A DNA stretch of 62,896 nt, the filler included, from Trichosphaerium sp. ATCC 40318 (lineage: Eukaryota; Protista; Tubulinea): the NCBI GenBank assembly GCA_038496445.1. It is 3 parts of 3 records of this genome, joined end to end, with 100 filler letters (N's around TTAATTAATTAA, not from the genome) between each part and the next. Parts side by side here need not be neighbours in the genome. Positions count along the whole stretch, not along the records: positions 1 to 26,745 come from JALMLS010000419.1; positions 26,846 to 50,155 come from JALMLS010000043.1; 1 more part is not named here. One strand, 5' to 3'. The notes beneath the pieces were generated by a model. It made no database searches and was not told where the DNA came from. It saw nothing but the letters and a program-made list of their open reading frames with translations. Below, in pieces: positions 24,162 through 34,878 of the stretch. The first letter of the stretch is position 1. Every line of letters starts with the position of its first letter. The position numbers and the translations under genes were made by a program.

Positions 24162-25508
24162 ATGATTTTTTGCAACCTTAGAAACCCTTTTCTACGCGTT
24201 GCAACGCTACTAGTAGTACTTATTAGCTACGTCTATACCGGAAACGCGCAAATAATCAAAAAAATACCCGTAATAGACGCAAATGAGGTTAGTTTTGTGG
24301 AATTCCAAGAGAAATGGGCTTCCGAAGGTATTCCAGTGATCATAAGGAACGCTATACCAGAGATCGGAAAGGAAAGTGGTCAAACTCCTCTACAGTTCAT
24401 AGACACTGAATGTGGTCATAGACCATTAATGACTGAGTGCAACGACAACGACATTGACGTTAAATACTACGCCGAAGAAACAGTTGGAAACGAGTGGGGA
24501 GCATTGATCGACGCAGATCTAGAAGAACTCAACATAGAAACTGTAGAACAGTTGATAGCAACTCAGAAGATACTATCAGTTGCAGGTGGAAGACAGTTAT
24601 ACCTACACGACACTGCTATGTCTTGTCTTTGTCCTGCTTTGTTCAACAAGATTAGAATGCCAAAATATTTTTATGCTGATTTTCAGCTCACATATGAGCT
24701 TCTAGATAGAGTTATAGAAGTACTTGATAGTGACCCTGATTATAAAGAAGCAGTAAATAACGCATCAGGTAGTTATAGGAATAGGTATGGATTTACTGTA
24801 AAGAAAATGAGAGCAGAAGCTCATCCTTCTTTGTTTATTGGTCCAAAAAGTACTCTGACTAGACTTCATGTTGATTCACGTATGACACAGTTCGGAATGG
24901 CTCTCCTTGAAGGAAGAAAACATTGGAGAGTTACTAAGCACAGTACTGGAAGGTATTTGTATCCAACAGAAATAGACAAGAGAGCATCGTATGTCGATTA
25001 CGGATTCTTCAAAGTTGATCTATTTTCTCCCGATCTCGAGAAGTTTCCTGATTTGGAAAAAGCTACTATTTACGATGCTGTACTAAAACCAGGTGAGTTT
25101 ATGTATATACCAGCTGGCGCACCACATCAAGTTGTAAACTTGGATGATACAGTAGCTTGGTCCTGCAATTTTGTAGATCATAACAACCTTAAATATCACA
25201 TTGATAGTTTGAATGATATGCCAAAAGCAGCTAAGGCTATTCATAAAGCACAAGGATTTGATTCGCTAAACTCATTAAATGCAAAGATACTACAGACTCT
25301 TATCAAAGAAAAACTATTTACATATCCCGAAGCGAAAGAGCGGAATATAATGGAATATTGGAGTTCATCAAAGATTACAAATCTTTTGGCATTACAAGAC
25401 AGTGACCACGTCGCTTATGCACTAAACCAAGTGCTCAGTGACATCACTCTACAAGAAGTTGATAGATATGATGAGGAAGATGTCATTGATTTTGAAGAAG
25501 ATCCTTAA
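24162..25508 (+). CDS. JmjC (cupin) 2OG-Fe(II) oxygenase with N-terminal signal/anchor, intronless
   Basis: LFIGPKSTLTRLHVD, GRKHW, LKPGEFMYIPAGAPHQVVNL (HxD...H triad); hydrophobic N-terminus LRVATLLVVLISYVYTGNA. Confidence 0.88.
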   Translation: MIFCNLRNPFLRVATLLVVLISYVYTGNAQIIKKIPVIDANEVSFVEFQEKWASEGIPVIIRNAIPEIGKESGQTPLQFIDTECGHRPLMTECNDNDIDVKYYAEETVGNEWGALIDADLEELNIETVEQLIATQKILSVAGGRQLYLHDTAMSCLCPALFNKIRMPKYFYADFQLTYELLDRVIEVLDSDPDYKEAVNNASGSYRNRYGFTVKKMRAEAHPSLFIGPKSTLTRLHVDSRMTQFGMALLEGRKHWRVTKHSTGRYLYPTEIDKRASYVDYGFFKVDLFSPDLEKFPDLEKATIYDAVLKPGEFMYIPAGAPHQVVNLDDTVAWSCNFVDHNNLKYHIDSLNDMPKAAKAIHKAQGFDSLNSLNAKILQTLIKEKLFTYPEAKERNIMEYWSSSKITNLLALQDSDHVAYALNQVLSDITLQEVDRYDEEDVIDFEEDP

Positions 25509-25632
25509 CCATGAGGACGAATAAAACAATTTTGAAAAGATACTTTTTTTTTTGTCGATTTTAAGCCACAATTCACTAAGTCACTCGTTTTTTGTCGTTT
25601 AGATACCTGTTCCCGCTTGTGACTATATTTCT

Positions 25633-26745
25633 ATGGCTTCTCGTATCAACCTAAGCTTTTGGTACTTTCCTTAATACCCATTTACTTGCGGTTTATACGG
25701 AATAGGTGCCAAACACCCCAATGCGTGTTTTCTAAACTCACAAACGCGTTCTCCGACGCCGGTTTGGTGTGTCAGTACGGATAAAGTCACAAAGTCCTAT
25801 TGTAACGCCAATAGCGATGCAAAGCTCGTAAACTTGCATGAAGCGTCATGTGGAAGTTTTATTCTAGAAAACACTACACTATCCGCTCTTAACGATATAA
25901 TTGAGTCACCAGAGCTATCTGGAGTAACTATTGGTACGACAGCTCGTCAAAATGTCTTTTTATTAAATTCTCGTAGAATACAAACAAATAGACACTTCAA
26001 CAGACGCCGTGAGCGACAGCGTACGCGCACAGACTTTGTAAACCGGGCAATTCGTGTTTTTCTCAGTTGAAAATTCTTGTGTTTTTGACGCTTTAACGTC
26101 CGCTCTAATTTCCCGCCTCAGGTTCCGCACGTGCTTACGATACTAAAACCTACAAGTTTTGATGTTTCATTCTTCAATGATATGCTTGAGACGCTCAAAA
26201 AGAACGGAATACAGATTTCTAAGGTTCTTATTTTTTTATTATTTATATCTATGTTTTGTTAATGTGATAAGATTGTGAACCTTACCGATAGCGCTAATGG
26301 TTGTGATATATTTATAAGTATACCAAAGACACTCTTTGATAATACAAAACTAATGACGGAGCTCAAAAAGGAGCTGTTTAACACAGGTAATTAAGTTTAC
26401 GTATAAACTTAAAGCACATCTTAATTAACATTAATTAACTTCTCCCTCGTTATCGCACTTATGTGTTCTTATCCTTATATCTCCTATAGGTTTAAAATAC
26501 GATGTAGATACGATACTACAACAACAGGGCCTCGCAAGATCATATAAGCGCGTAGTACGTCATTAACAAAGCTCTTGTATCCGTTCTTCTTCATGTTTTT
26601 TCTGTATTAAACTACGAACTAGGTTTTCTTTTCTGGTGTAGAAGGAACTTTAACAGACACAAAATTTTGTGAGGAAGCAGCCAAGGTATTAGGCGTAGAG
26701 GATAAGGTACGTAATTTAGAAATTCTGTTTGAAGTTAATTAACAA
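25633..26745 (+). CDS. Hypothetical multi-exon gene truncated by contig end
   Basis: Short open frames with GT/AG boundaries (e.g. LENTTLSALNDIIESPELSG, FSGVEGTLTDTKFCEEAAKVLG); no recognisable motif. Confidence 0.35.
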
Positions 26746-26845
26746 NNNNNNNNNNNNNNNNNNNNNNNNNNNNNNNNNNNNNNNNNNNNTTAATTAATTA
26801 ANNNNNNNNNNNNNNNNNNNNNNNNNNNNNNNNNNNNNNNNNNNN
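26746..26845. other. Assembly gap with artificial six-frame-stop linker
   Basis: Ns flanking TTAATTAATTAA at 26790-26801. Confidence 0.97.
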
Positions 26846-29800
26846 CAAGAACTTGCGATGGTCAGAGTACAACAAATGGAATTTACTACAACATTGCAAA
26901 CAAGCATACTTACTATTGAAAATGCACCAACAACCGATCAGTTTTTGTACTTAGTAAGAAAACTACAACTAGAACAACAGTTGCCAGATGAAAATGTAAA
27001 GTTGTGGCTTGACTTTTTCAAAACGGCAGAAACGCTCGTAAATGACCAAGTAGAGACACCAGGTTCCACACCAATGCTATCTGTTTTTACCAACAAATTG
27101 AGTGTTGCTAGTAGCAAAAAAGCATTTCAAAAGGCACAAGTAAAACTCTATCGCGATATTGGACTAATTGCAGTATAGTACACTCCGAAGCTCAATGTGC
27201 AAAACGTACAAATTACAACCACAGGCAATAAAGTTGTAGAAATACCTTTTATTCCTCCATCGGAATATGTGCGATTGCTAATGTATCATTTGGAAGACAG
27301 AGACAGCATAAATGACAACTCAAAGTATCCGTATATGGTAGACAGAGCTGACATAAATGGCGAAATCCACAACATTCAAGTATTTGAAGGTCCAGAAACA
27401 TCCCAACGATATCGTGACATGTATCTTGATGTTGAAAAGATAAAGCAAAACATCAGACTTGCAGGTACTATTGTTTTTGTACAATTGTCATTTACATATT
27501 TACCTAAGCTTACGTGTGTCATGATGACTTTACATATGACAAAAAAGACAGTTTTGGGCCAATGTATCTAGTCATCTGGAACATGCCAAACAGTGAGGAA
27601 ATGCAAGGAAAAATGACTCTGTTTGTGCTTCCCACCAATGTAATAATGGAAAGCGCAATGAAGTATGTTGTAAACGACATTGCAATGATGTACAATGGTA
27701 TCGAACTTCACAGTCCAAAATTGAAAAGAGTACGAAGCAAATAATTTGTTTTAACAGCTTTTGATTGTGCCCACTAACTGTTGCAGACTTTTAAAGAGTA
27801 CTTGAGATTGGAAAAAATACTTGGAGACATGCCAGGGACTTGCAAAGTTCTTTGTACGTTAGAAACAATTGTCTTTGAACTATGCTAAGTTTACAGCTAT
27901 AAAAAACCAAGGTTCCAACTTGCCTTGTCGTGTTTGCGACATCTCTAAGATTGGATTAAAAAACCCACGAACAACATACAAAAAGAGAACAAAACAGCAA
28001 GCAATGGCCATATACAATGATCCTAACATGTCTCATAAAAGCAAACTCTATTCATTGTGTTTTAATGCTTTTGTACGGCCAAACAATTATTCAACTATAC
28101 TGATTCTTTTAGTCTCCATTTTTGTTTCTCCCTAATTTTGACATTTTCCAACACTCTCCTTTTTGTCCATTTCACAATATTTTATTGGGTGTTGCAAAAG
28201 GAGTATTAATAGGCACACTTGAAATGCTTGTAGAAAAATATTCTAAGGCTGTTCAAAAGCAAATAAACAATACCATTGATTGGTACAAGAAACAAAAAAC
28301 ATGTTTCTATCAAAAAGTGCGTTGTTGTTTTTGTACATGTTGATAACAATGAATGTGTAGAAGTAAGCCAGTATGGGATAAACAAGGTGACTTGTGTTTG
28401 GTAGAGCATGGTTGGGATGGAGCTGATACGAGATCTTTTTTGCAAATGGCATTGTTTGTGTTCAAGCCGTTGTGTTCTAAAGGAGTAATGCGTACATGGT
28501 ACGAAACAACATTCAAAACAAACAAAAAAAGTCATTGTTTTAGGTGTGCCTTGTTAGGTTATATTGCTCTCATGTCAAGGAGTTTTTTACAAGAATCTAA
28601 ATTGAATCAGGGCTGAAACTAAACAAGGCTTTGCCTTAAATATGAAGGCATTTTTTTAAAATCAGGCATTGATGGCAAAAATCAGGCATTCAAAAATGGC
28701 AATGCCTGATTTTGCAAAGGCAATGGCAACAAAGGCAAAAATCAGGCATTGAAATAAGGCTTTGTTGGGCAATGCCTTAATTGTTGCAATGCCTTGTTTT
28801 TTTTAGGCAATGCCTGCCCTAGTTTTTTTATGCATTGCCAGCCTTAAATTTATAGGCACCAATTAGGCATTGGTTGTGTACACATTGTACATTAAGGATA
28901 CATTGGTTTAAGGTAAGTCTCCACCACACCAACACTTCATAAACATTTTTTTTCATTTACTACTGACGTTTTATATAGACGACGTCACCACGCGCTTAGT
29001 ATTTTATGGATTCTAACGAAACCACCGCCATTCGAACCGCAGCACCCAAATACACCCACAACAGTAGTACAGGTACTTTAAACCATTTTTCCAGTCCGCG
29101 AAAATTATACCAATAATTTGTTAATTTTTTTTTCTAGCTAAAGGTTTTTTTTCACATGGAGGACATTGAAGTTTTTTGTGTTTTGTGTACTGTACTTTAA
29201 TAAATGAATCACTATTGTATGCTTATATAAAGCCTTGTTTTATGAGTATATGATGCCTGGGTTATGCCCAAAAATTGAGGGCAAAAATGCCTCATTGTTG
29301 CACAAAAAATGAGGCATTATTGGACCAACAATGCAGGCTATTTTAAGGCTAATTAGTGAACCAGTTGCTTGCTATTTGGCCCAAATATGAGGCTCCAAAG
29401 CCCAACATTACAAGGCAATGCCTCATATTTGCTCATTTTTTTTGGCAAAAACAAGGCAATTTGGTGAAAAATAAGGCTGTATTTGGTGGCAAAAAAAAGG
29501 CTTTTACAAAAAAAGCCTTATTTAGTTTCAGCCCTGATTTGGTCACACATGCAGCCTCCAGTTTACGTAAACTAGTGAAAGAAAATTTACCAAGCAAGTC
29601 AAACAACATTTTTCGCTACTAATGGTTGAAAAAGATGTAAATGTCACAACACCTAACTTCCACGTATTATTACACCATGAAGATGCTATAAGAATGTTTG
29701 GGATGCCAAAACATTACAGGTACAATGTAAAATAGTGGCATGCTTTTAACATTTACACCAGCACGTATAGTTGTGAATCAAAGCACAGAAAAATCAAAAA

Positions 29801-30873
29801 TTGGAAAAGAAGCACCAAAGGGTGTACAAAAAACCGGTATTAGCTTAAGCCAATGTGAATGTTGTTTACAATGTGTTAGAGATATAATGGCAAGAGAAAG
29901 TGATTCTATTTCCTCTTATTTCGCTGGAACTTATGATAAGATGATGAACAAATTATCCAGCAACAATCCAGTAGAAAATGATAATCGCTCCAAGTTTATT
30001 TATTTAGCTGATAAATTGCTCAACATACCTGCAGTAAAATGGACCCTTCGTACCATACCTTTTACAAACATAGTTCATTAATTGCATTTTTAGATAAGAG
30101 AACACTTATTCGCTTTCAGTTTTTGTCCCAATCATTAAAAACTGCATTGTACAATGACACTATTGAACGCAATATTGATAACAACTTACAAATTGCAACT
30201 TACAACACCGCCAAATGTGCTAAAAGAGAATTATGTGTGTGTGCTTCTAAAAACACTTGTTTCAAGACATGGAGGCCTCACAAGTTAGAAACGAGAAGTG
30301 ATTGCATATACATTGAAACGACTGCTTTAGTACAATTGCACGCACAAGGAGAAGTTTATGTTTTTGGCCGGTACCGTGTTAACAAACCATTCAAAATGAT
30401 TACATTAACTAAGTTGAGGGGTAGATTGTTTACAATAAAAGATGTTCACAACAGATACGATGAAACTATGGAACTTGTGACGTACATGACAAGCAGTTGT
30501 TGTAACAATTAGTGTATTAATCACCTGTTAGAATCATTTATAATGAAAATGATCCATGTGCCTGTGTTCCATTATCCATGGTGTACAGAGTTGAATGTAT
30601 CATTCCATTCTATGATGAAAAGAACATTTACTTGGTGAATTATTATCAAAGAACTATTCCAAAATAAATCGTTTGTTACTAATTCATAAAGTTGGAATTA
30701 TGGACAAATTATGTCAAATTCCAATTAAAGTGGAATATTATGGGAATTCCTCCAAAAATCCTGGCTGAAAGAGAAATGAATGTGAGAATTCTTCATAAAT
30801 TACAACAAAAATCCCTAAAATGAAAGAATTTAGTGGGATTTATGTCTAAAATCTCACTTTCATTTTACCACTG
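26846..30873 (+). mobile_element. 3' part of CMC(EnSpm)/Plavaka-like DNA transposon family A; intron-rich transposase ending at 30667, putative terminus ...CATTTTACCACTG at 30873; interrupted by a MITE
   Basis: Motifs PFIPPSEYV, GPETS, DDFTYDKKDSFGPMYLVIWNMP, LGDMPG, PCRVC, SPFCPFHNILLGVAK, TPNFHVLLHHEDAIRMFG, CESKH resemble CMC/Plavaka DDE transposases. The terminal 65 bp match the end of the MITE at 54195-54260. Confidence 0.75.
28608..29536. mobile_element. 929-bp non-autonomous TIR element (MITE) inserted in a transposase exon, 2-bp AT target duplication
   Basis: TIR CAGGGCTGAAACTAAA(C/T)AAGGCTTT; many AGGCATT/AATGCCT subterminal repeats. Removing the element plus one AT restores the frame QESKLN-LVTHAASSLRK. 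Confidence 0.88.
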
Positions 30874-30982
30874 AAATCAACCAACCAACAAACTGTCCAA
30901 CCAATCAATAAGCCACCAGGTACATACAAACGGACGTTTGTATATTTTCGGCGAACCAGCTTGCACAACTAACTTTTTTCCC

Positions 30983-33900
30983 CTTTTAGCACATTTGGCG
31001 GTGTTGTAAGTTGCAATTTGTAAGTTGTTATCAATATTGCGTTCAATAGTGTCATTGTACAATGCAGTTTTTAATGATTGGGACAAAAACTGAAAGCGAA
31101 TAAGTGTTCTCTTATCTAAAAATGCAATTAATGAACTATGTTTGTAAAAGGTATGGTACGAAGGGTCCATTTTACTGCAGGTATGTTGAGCAATTTATCA
31201 GCTAAATAAATAAACTTGGAGCGATTATCATTTTCTACTGGATTGTTGCTGGATAATTTGTTCATCATCTTATCATAAGTTCCAGCGAAATAAGAGGAAA
31301 TAGAATCACTTTCTCTTGCCATTATATCTCTAACACATTGTAAACAACATTCACATTGGCTTAAGCTAATACCGGTTTTTTGTACACCCTTTGGTGCTTC
31401 TTTTCCAATTTTTGATTTTTCTGTGCTTTGATTCACAACTATACGTGCTGGTGTAAATGTTAAAAGCATGCCACTATTTTACATTGTACCTGTAATGTTT
31501 TGGCATCCCAAACATTCTTATAGCATCTTCATGGTGTAATAATACGTGGAAGTTAGGTGTTGTGACATTTACATCTTTTTCAACCATTAGTAGCGAAAAA
31601 TGTTGTTTGACTTGCTTGGTAAATTTTCTTTCACTAGTTTACGTAAACTGGAGGCTGCATGTGTGACCAAATCAGGGCTGAAACTAAATAAGGCTTTTTT
31701 TGTAAAAGCCTTTTTTTTGCCACCAAATACAGCCTTATTTTTCACCAAATTGCCTTGTTTTTGCCAAAAAAAATGAGCAAATATGAGGCATTGCCTTGTA
31801 ATGTTGGGCTTTGGAGCCTCATATTTGGGCCAAATAGCAAGCAACTGGTTCACTAATTAGCCTTAAAATAGCCTGCATTGTTGGTCCAATAATGCCTCAT
31901 TTTTTGTGCAACAATGAGGCATTTTTGCCCTCAATTTTTGGGCATAACCCAGGCATCATATACTCATAAAACAAGGCTTTATATAAGCATACAATAGTGA
32001 TTCATTTATTAAAGTACAGTACACAAAACACAAAAAACTTCAATGTCCTCCATGTGAAAAAAAACCTTTAGCTAGAAAAAAAAATTAACAAATTATTGGT
32101 ATAATTTTCGCGGACTGGAAAAATGGTTTAAAGTACCTGTACTACTGTTGTGGGTGTATTTGGGTGCTGCGGTTCGAATGGCGGTGGTTTCGTTAGAATC
32201 CATAAAATACTAAGCGCGTGGTGACGTCGTCTATATAAAACGTCAGTAGTAAATGAAAAAAAATGTTTATGAAGTGTTGGTGTGGTGGAGACTTACCTTA
32301 AACCAATGTATCCTTAATGTACAATGTGTACACAACCAATGCCTAATTGGTGCCTATAAATTTAAGGCTGGCAATGCATAAAAAAACTAGGGCAGGCATT
32401 GCCTAAAAAAAACAAGGCATTGCAACAATTAAGGCATTGCCCAACAAAGCCTTATTTCAATGCCTGATTTTTGCCTTTGTTGCCATTGCCTTTGCAAAAT
32501 CAGGCATTGCCATTTTTGAATGCCTGATTTTTGCCATCAATGCCTGATTTTAAAAAAATGCCTTCATATTTAAGGCAAAGCCTTGTTTAGTTTCAGCCCT
32601 GATTCAATTTAGATTCTTGTAAAAAACTCCTTGACATGAGAGCAATATAACCTAACAAGGCACACCTAAAACAATGACTTTTTTTGTTTGTTTTGAATGT
32701 TGTTTCGTACCATGTACGCATTACTCCTTTAGAACACAACGGCTTGAACACAAACAATGCCATTTGCAAAAAAGATCTCGTATCAGCTCCATCCCAACCA
32801 TGCTCTACCAAACACAAGTCACCTTGTTTATCCCATACTGGCTTACTTCTACACATTCATTGTTATCAACATGTACAAAAACAACAACGCACTTTTTGAT
32901 AGAAACATGTTTTTGTTTCTTGTACCAATCAATGGTATTGTTTATTTGCTTTTGAACAGCCTTAGAATATTTTTCTACAAGCATTTCAAGTGTGCCTATT
33001 AATACTCCTTTTGCAACACCCAATAAAATATTGTGAAATGGACAAAAAGGAGAGTGTTGGAAAATGTCAAAATTAGGGAGAAACAAAAATGGAGACTAAA
33101 AGAATCAGTATAGTTGAATAATTGTTTGGCCGTACAAAAGCATTAAAACACAATGAATAGAGTTTGCTTTTATGAGACATGTTAGGATCATTGTATATGG
33201 CCATTGCTTGCTGTTTTGTTCTCTTTTTGTATGTTGTTCGTGGGTTTTTTAATCCAATCTTAGAGATGTCGCAAACACGACAAGGCAAGTTGGAACCTTG
33301 GTTTTTTATAGCTGTAAACTTAGCATAGTTCAAAGACAATTGTTTCTAACGTACAAAGAACTTTGCAAGTCCCTGGCATGTCTCCAAGTATTTTTTCCAA
33401 TCTCAAGTACTCTTTAAAAGTCTGCAACAGTTAGTGGGCACAATCAAAAGCTGTTAAAACAAATTATTTGCTTCGTACTCTTTTCAATTTTGGACTGTGA
33501 AGTTCGATACCATTGTACATCATTGCAATGTCGTTTACAACATACTTCATTGCGCTTTCCATTATTACATTGGTGGGAAGCACAAACAGAGTCATTTTTC
33601 CTTGCATTTCCTCACTGTTTGGCATGTTCCAGATGACTAGATACATTGGCCCAAAACTGTCTTTTTTGTCATATGTAAAGTCATCATGACACACGTAAGC
33701 TTAGGTAAATATGTAAATGACAATTGTACAAAAACAATAGTACCTGCAAGTCTGATGTTTTGCTTTATCTTTTCAACATCAAGATACATGTCACGATATC
33801 GTTGGGATGTTTCTGGACCTTCAAATACTTGAATGTTGTGGATTTCGCCATTTATGTCAGCTCTGTCTACCATATACGGATACTTTGAGTTGTCATTTAT

Positions 33901-34775
33901 GCTGTCTCTGTCTTCCAAATGATACATTAGCAATCGCACATATTCCGATGGAGGAATAAAAGGTATTTCTACAACTTTATTGCCTGTGGTTGTAATTTGT
34001 ACGTTTTGCACATTGAGCTTCGGAGTGTACTATACTGCAATTAGTCCAATATCGCGATAGAGTTTTACTTGTGCCTTTTGAAATGCTTTTTTGCTACTAG
34101 CAACACTCAATTTGTTGGTAAAAACAGATAGCATTGGTGTGGAACCTGGTGTCTCTACTTGGTCATTTACGAGCGTTTCTGCCGTTTTGAAAAAGTCAAG
34201 CCACAACTTTACATTTTCATCTGGCAACTGTTGTTCTAGTTGTAGTTTTCTTACTAAGTACAAAAACTGATCGGTTGTTGGTGCATTTTCAATAGTAAGT
34301 ATGCTTGTTTGCAATGTTGTAGTAAATTCCATTTGTTGTACTCTGACCATCGCAAGTTCTTGTATGTTCACATCTTCGCAATAAACATTTTGACAGTTTT
34401 CTGCAGTAAAGTCAGCGGTTTAGTTTGATTTATGGGTATTTAGCTTACCATGAGCTGTGTGCAAGGGTTCTTGACGATTCATTATCAAAGGTACACTATC
34501 AATTTGATTAGTCGCATTGGACATGAAATCTGGTTTCTCTACACGTGGAGAAGCTAAAAAAAATGATTAAACAGCTTTAGCAAGTTAAATTAAGTACGTA
34601 ATAAATTGAACGTGTTAGATTCGACCGAAGAATTGATTGGCATGGTGGTATTGATTGCTCTTCCTTTGTTGATTATTTTTTGCACAATTTTGTTGCCTTG
34701 ATGAATAGCAGTACGTTCATGTCTCGCTCGATTACTTCGACATAAACGTTCATTACAAGCTGCACAAGTGTACAT
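30983..34775 (-). pseudogene. Family A transposase gene with N-terminal C2H2 finger; MITE-interrupted and 3'-truncated at 30983
   Basis: Starts MYTCAACNERLCRSNRARHERTAIH at ATG 34775; same catalytic-core motifs as the left arm. Confidence 0.75.
31673..32601. mobile_element. Mirror copy of the 929-bp MITE in the right arm
   Basis: Reverse complement of 28608-29536. Confidence 0.88.
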
Positions 34776-34878
34776 GTAACTGAGATTCAAGAAAACAAGA
34801 GAATAAAAAATAGCGTTTATTAGTTCCCATCTTATTATTTTGATTACTTCTATTGATTGTAAGTAACACACAATTACA

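Larger units (their letters stand above)
26846..34362. repeat. Large inverted duplication: arms 26846-30226 and 30983-34362, 756-bp unique spacer
   Basis: Mirror-identical ORFs with coordinate sums 61208/61209; the only difference I noticed is one homopolymer indel near 28275. Confidence 0.95.

Noticed and set aside
26790-26801. TTAATTAATTAA palindrome inside N-gaps (also 50200-50211)
   Set aside because: Standard artificial six-frame-stop contig linker. It has no biological meaning, and synteny across it cannot be used.
29356-29622. 88-aa ORF spanning the MITE end (and mirror 31587-31853)
   Set aside because: Chimera of non-coding MITE sequence and the resumed transposase exon.
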